From: Chthoniobacteraceae bacterium
Lineage (GTDB): Bacteria; Verrucomicrobiota; Verrucomicrobiia; Chthoniobacterales; Chthoniobacteraceae
Direction of reading: 5' to 3'
Length of the DNA stretch: 64,000 nt
Assembly (NCBI GenBank): GCA_040081625.1
Contig: JBEBGD010000013.1
Span: 20,390-84,389, forward strand
The position numbers were made by a program, and so were the translations under genes. Numbering within the stretch: position 1 is the first letter of the stretch; the number at the start of each line of letters is the position of its first letter. Below the pieces are notes generated by a model, which was not told where the DNA came from, did not search any database, and saw only the letters and a list, made by a program, of their open reading frames with translations. This document shows positions 60,711-64,000 of the stretch, piece by piece.

Positions 60711-61385
60711 ATGATCCTCGTCACCTTCGCCGTGCCCCAGGAGAGCCGCGAGTTTGTCAGCCGCCTGCGGCACACCGGCCCGCTCGGCCATGTGCTCGTG
60801 GGAAATCTCGGCTGCGAGGAAATCGCCGTGCTCCATACCGGCATGGGCGCCGATGCCGCGCGCGACGCCACGCGGCGCACACTCGCCGAGCTGCGGCCCG
60901 ACCGCGTCATCGCCTCGGGCTTCGCAGGCGGGCTCGATCCCGCGCTCGAGTTCGGCCAGCTCATCGTCGCGGAGAATCTCTCTACTCCCGCGCTGCTCGC
61001 ACGCGAGCCGGCGGGCGCGCGCCGCGTCCGCCTCGCGTCCGTCGAGTCCCCGCTCGACACGCCCGCCGACAAGTCCCGCATCCGCGCCGCCACCGGCGCC
61101 GATGCCGTCGATCTCGAGTCCGCCGCCATCGCGGAAGTGTGCGCCACAGCCGCGATCCCGCTGCTCGTGCTTCGGATCATCAGCGACGCCGCCGGCGAAT
61201 CGCTCCCGCTCCCGTCCGGCGTCGCCTACGACATCGAGCACCAGCGCATCCGCCCGCTCGCCATTCTCAATCACCTGCTCACCGAACCCGTAGCCGTCAC
61301 CCCGCTCATCTCCTTCGCGCACCGCCTCCCCGACCTCCAGCGCGCGCTGGCCGATGCGCTCGCGGCGGTGATTAGTGATCAGTGA
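60711..61385 (+). CDS. Nucleoside phosphorylase/nucleosidase family protein (MtnN/HpnG-like)
   Basis: FAVPQE, TGMG, SGFAGGL, VDLESAA, LRIISD. Confidence 0.8.
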   Translation: MILVTFAVPQESREFVSRLRHTGPLGHVLVGNLGCEEIAVLHTGMGADAARDATRRTLAELRPDRVIASGFAGGLDPALEFGQLIVAENLSTPALLAREPAGARRVRLASVESPLDTPADKSRIRAATGADAVDLESAAIAEVCATAAIPLLVLRIISDAAGESLPLPSGVAYDIEHQRIRPLAILNHLLTEPVAVTPLISFAHRLPDLQRALADALAAVISDQ

Positions 61386-61470
61386 TCGGTGAACAGTGAT
61401 CGGTGATCAGTTTCTCCACGCGCGATACTTGCCACCGATCACCGATCACTGATTACTGATCACTAATCAC
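61368..61470. repeat. Inverted pair of heptamer tandem arrays (GTGATC(A/G) x6 ... (C/T)GATCAC x5)
   Basis: Six heptamers at 61368-61409 and five reverse-complement heptamers at 61436-61470. Confidence 0.9.
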
Positions 61471-62436
61471 ATGCCCACACCGCGCATCCTCTCCGGCATC
61501 AAGCCCACCGGCCACCTGCACCTCGGCAACTTCTTCGGCATGATGCAGCCCGCCATCGCCTGGCAGGAACGCGGCGAAGCCTTCTACTTCATCGCCGACT
61601 ACCACGCGCTCACCACCGTCCACGACCCGCGCGCGCTCCGCGACTACTCCCGCGGCGTCGCCCGCGACTTCCTCGCCTGCGGCCTCGACCCCGCCCGCGC
61701 CGTGCTCTGGCGCCAGAGCGACGTGCCCGAAGTCACCGAACTCACCTGGCTGCTCTCCTGCGTCACCCCCATGCCGATGCTGGAAAACTGCCATGCATAT
61801 AAAGATCACGTCGCCCGCGAAAAGACCCCCTCGCACGCGCTCTTCGCCTACCCCGTCCTCATGGCCGCGGACATCCTCATGTTCGACTCGAACATCGTCC
61901 CCGTCGGCCGCGACCAGAAGCAACACGTCGAAGTCACCCGCGACATCGCCAGCGCCTTCAACCGCATCTTCGGCCCCGTCTTCACCATCCCCGAAGCGAG
62001 CATCCTGCCCGGCGTCGCCACCATCCCCGGCCTCGACGGCCGCAAGATGAGCAAGAGCTACGACAACACGATCGCCCTCTTCGAGGAAGAGAAGCCGCTG
62101 CGCAAAAAAGTCATGGCTATCACCACCGACTCCACCCCCGTCGAAGCCCCGAAGAACCCCGAAGGCTCCAGCATCCTCGGCCTCTACCGGCTAGTCGCCG
62201 AAGAGAGCGCCGTCCGGCAGATGGAGGAAGAATTCCGCATCGGCGGCATCGGCTACGGCGAATTCAAGAAACGCCTCTTCACCGCGCTCTGGGACTACTT
62301 CGCCCCCATGCGCGCCCGCCGCGCCGCGCTCGACGACGCCACCATCGACCGCATCCTCGCCGAAGGCGCCGCCAAGGCGCGCGCCGTCGCGCAGAAGACG
62401 ATGAAGCGCGTGCGCGAAGCGACCGGGCTGAAGTAA
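61471..62436 (+). CDS. trpS: Tryptophan-tRNA ligase
   Basis: SGIKPTG, HLGN, ADYHALT, YPVLMAADIL, VPVGRDQKQH, KMSKS. Confidence 0.96.
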   Translation: MPTPRILSGIKPTGHLHLGNFFGMMQPAIAWQERGEAFYFIADYHALTTVHDPRALRDYSRGVARDFLACGLDPARAVLWRQSDVPEVTELTWLLSCVTPMPMLENCHAYKDHVAREKTPSHALFAYPVLMAADILMFDSNIVPVGRDQKQHVEVTRDIASAFNRIFGPVFTIPEASILPGVATIPGLDGRKMSKSYDNTIALFEEEKPLRKKVMAITTDSTPVEAPKNPEGSSILGLYRLVAEESAVRQMEEEFRIGGIGYGEFKKRLFTALWDYFAPMRARRAALDDATIDRILAEGAAKARAVAQKTMKRVREATGLK

Positions 62437-62465
62437 AATCCTCCCGCGCTCCGGCGCGGAAAAGC

Positions 62466-63125
62466 TCAACCCCCCACCGCCGCCAGCGTCGCGTGCCGGC
62501 GCAGCTCCACGATCCCCGGCAGGCAGAGCTTCCGGCGCATATGCGCGACGTGGGCCTCGACCGTCTTCACCGACATGCCCAGCCCGGTGGCGATCACGCG
62601 GTTGGCCTCGCCGCGCCCGAGCCGCAGCCACACCGCATGCTCCCGGTCCGAGAGACCGCTCGGATGGCTCGACGGAGCGCCCGCCGGCGCCGGCCCGAGC
62701 GCGAGCAGATCGAGCGCGAGTTCCCGCAGACCCCGGCTCGTATGCCGCCGGCCCGCCGCAGCCGCCTCGATCGTCTCGCGAAGCTCCTCCTCCGGCTCGC
62801 TCTTGAGCGCATAGCCGAGCACCGCATTCGCAAAGGCCCGCCGCATCGTCTCCCGATCCCGCGACGTGGTGAACACGACCATGCGCACCTTCGGCGCGTG
62901 CCGCGGTAGATCGCGCAACAGCGCCAGCCCATCGCCCTCGAGGTGCGCGGGATCGACGATCGCCAGCGCCGGCCGCAGCCGCCGCGCCAGCTCGATCGCT
63001 TCGCCCGCCACGCCCGTCTCCCCGCAGATCTCCCACCGCCGGCTGGCGCGCAGCAGCCTCGCGACGCCGCATCGAGCCAGCGTGTCGTTGTCAGCGATCA
63101 ATACTTTGAGCCGCGCAGTGACCAT
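62466..63125 (-). CDS. NarL/LuxR family response regulator
   Basis: REC domain (VLIADND, IVD, ALK) + LSDREHAV...IATGLGMSVKTVEAH HTH. Confidence 0.9.
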   Translation of the reverse strand: MVTARLKVLIADNDTLARCGVARLLRASRRWEICGETGVAGEAIELARRLRPALAIVDPAHLEGDGLALLRDLPRHAPKVRMVVFTTSRDRETMRRAFANAVLGYALKSEPEEELRETIEAAAAGRRHTSRGLRELALDLLALGPAPAGAPSSHPSGLSDREHAVWLRLGRGEANRVIATGLGMSVKTVEAHVAHMRRKLCLPGIVELRRHATLAAVGG

Positions 63126-63361
63126 ATTCCGAAGTGATTGCGCCGCGGGTTGTAGCCCGCCGCGCTCTCCGCACGCAATTCCAAACCCATCCTGATTCTC
63201 GCATCGGGAAAATCCCCATGCCGCGCGGATCGGGACCGCTCCGGCATTTCCCGAGCCGAAGATCAGGCCCCTCTCCCGATACCGCTCCGCGACCGACTCC
63301 GGCAGACTGCGCGCCGTCGATGAAACCGAACCGCCCGCCGATTTCCGCCACCGTGCCAGCC

Positions 63362-63565
63362 CTCGCCGGGCGCGGGGCGAGTCTCGCCCACCATTCGGCG
63401 GCGTCCGCCCAGCGCGGGGCTGCTTCCGACCAGCGCGGGGCGGCGTTCGCCCCGCGCGGGGCAGCCCTCGACCAGCGTGGGGCGGGAGCCGCCCCGCACG
63501 GGGCGGCTTCCGACAAACGCAGGGCGACGGTCGCCCAGCGCGGGGCGACTCCCGACCAGCGCCCG
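63362..63565 (+). repeat. About 10 degenerate 21-bp tandem repeats
   Basis: Units every 21 nt from 63362 to 63551; consensus about TCCG(A/C)CCAGCGCGGGGCGGCN. Confidence 0.85.
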
Positions 63566-63602
63566 TTTTTGGCGTTTTTTGCCCATTTTAACCCCGAAAC
63601 AC

Positions 63603-64000
63603 ATGAGAACCGTAACCTGGGACGGCGGCTTCTACTGGGACGACCCAAACATCCACTGGGGGAATCCTGCCTACCAACTCGAACCCGGCGACCCCGGCTA
63701 CGTGCCGTGGACGCCTCCACACGCAACCCACAGTAAACCCAAGAAAATGAAACACCAACCCTACCTCCCTGACGACGACGCCGGCATCAGCACCCTGCTG
63801 ATGACCTTCCACATGGGCCTGACCGACCCCATGGCCACCAAATACAACGTGACCCCCGAGCAACGCTGGCGGCTCCACCGCGGCCACCTCGTCTTCGACT
63901 ACCTGCTCGAGCTCTCCAGCATCTACGCCGACCATTGCAAAAGCCTCACCGCCATCCGCAACGGCATGTTCGAGGACGGTGAAGGCGCCGACCCGATCCC
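63603..64000 (+). CDS. Hypothetical protein with Trp/Asp/Pro-rich N-terminal segment, truncated by the window end
   Basis: ATG 63603, open to 64000, mostly C/G-ending codons: MRTVTWDGGFYWDDPNIHWGNPAYQLEPGDPGYVPW...KPKKMKHQPYLP...; absent from the ORF track. Confidence 0.75.
   Translation, partial: MRTVTWDGGFYWDDPNIHWGNPAYQLEPGDPGYVPWTPPHATHSKPKKMKHQPYLPDDDAGISTLLMTFHMGLTDPMATKYNVTPEQRWRLHRGHLVFDYLLELSSIYADHCKSLTAIRNGMFEDGEGADPI

Noticed and set aside
60582..61322. N-terminal extension of the TPR ORF
   Set aside because: Antisense to the nucleosidase gene; a signal peptide marks the start at 60581
61386..61470. T-box or Trp attenuator before trpS
   Set aside because: Only 85 nt, filled by heptamers; no T-box consensus or Trp leader peptide
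63362..63565. CRISPR array
   Set aside because: Units are contiguous and degenerate with no unique spacers; no cas genes seen

Overview
High-GC bacterial chromosomal segment, most consistent with Verrucomicrobiota (Chthoniobacterales-like). This is inferred from a Verru_Chthon-type pilin-like gene, a MurC-MurB fusion and the FtsZ tail. Mostly housekeeping: a complete minus-strand dcw cluster (mraZ-rsmH-ftsL-ftsI-murE-murF-mraY-murD-LysM-ftsW-murG-murC/B-ddl-ftsQ-ftsA-ftsZ), grpE-dnaJ-rsmE, rplM-rpsI, lepA, rpsN, efp, nth, thiE, trpS, sucB and sugar-acid genes. Accessory features are (i) a REP-associated tyrosine transposase flanked by three GTAG-palindrome REPs, next to a 1.7-kaa secreted, apparently mosaic serine hydrolase; (ii) a secreted multidomain lysyl-oxidase-like protein with Cu- and LTQ-type residues; (iii) heptamer tandem arrays, including an inverted pair ending at the trpS ATG; (iv) at the right edge, an orphan LuxR-type response regulator divergent from a 21-bp tandem array and a truncated unknown gene with a Trp-rich leader. 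FtsZ has a degenerate T7 catalytic loop and EF-P has Asn at the usually modified Lys. I saw no tRNA, rRNA or CRISPR array. All calls come from reading motifs by eye; no searches were run.
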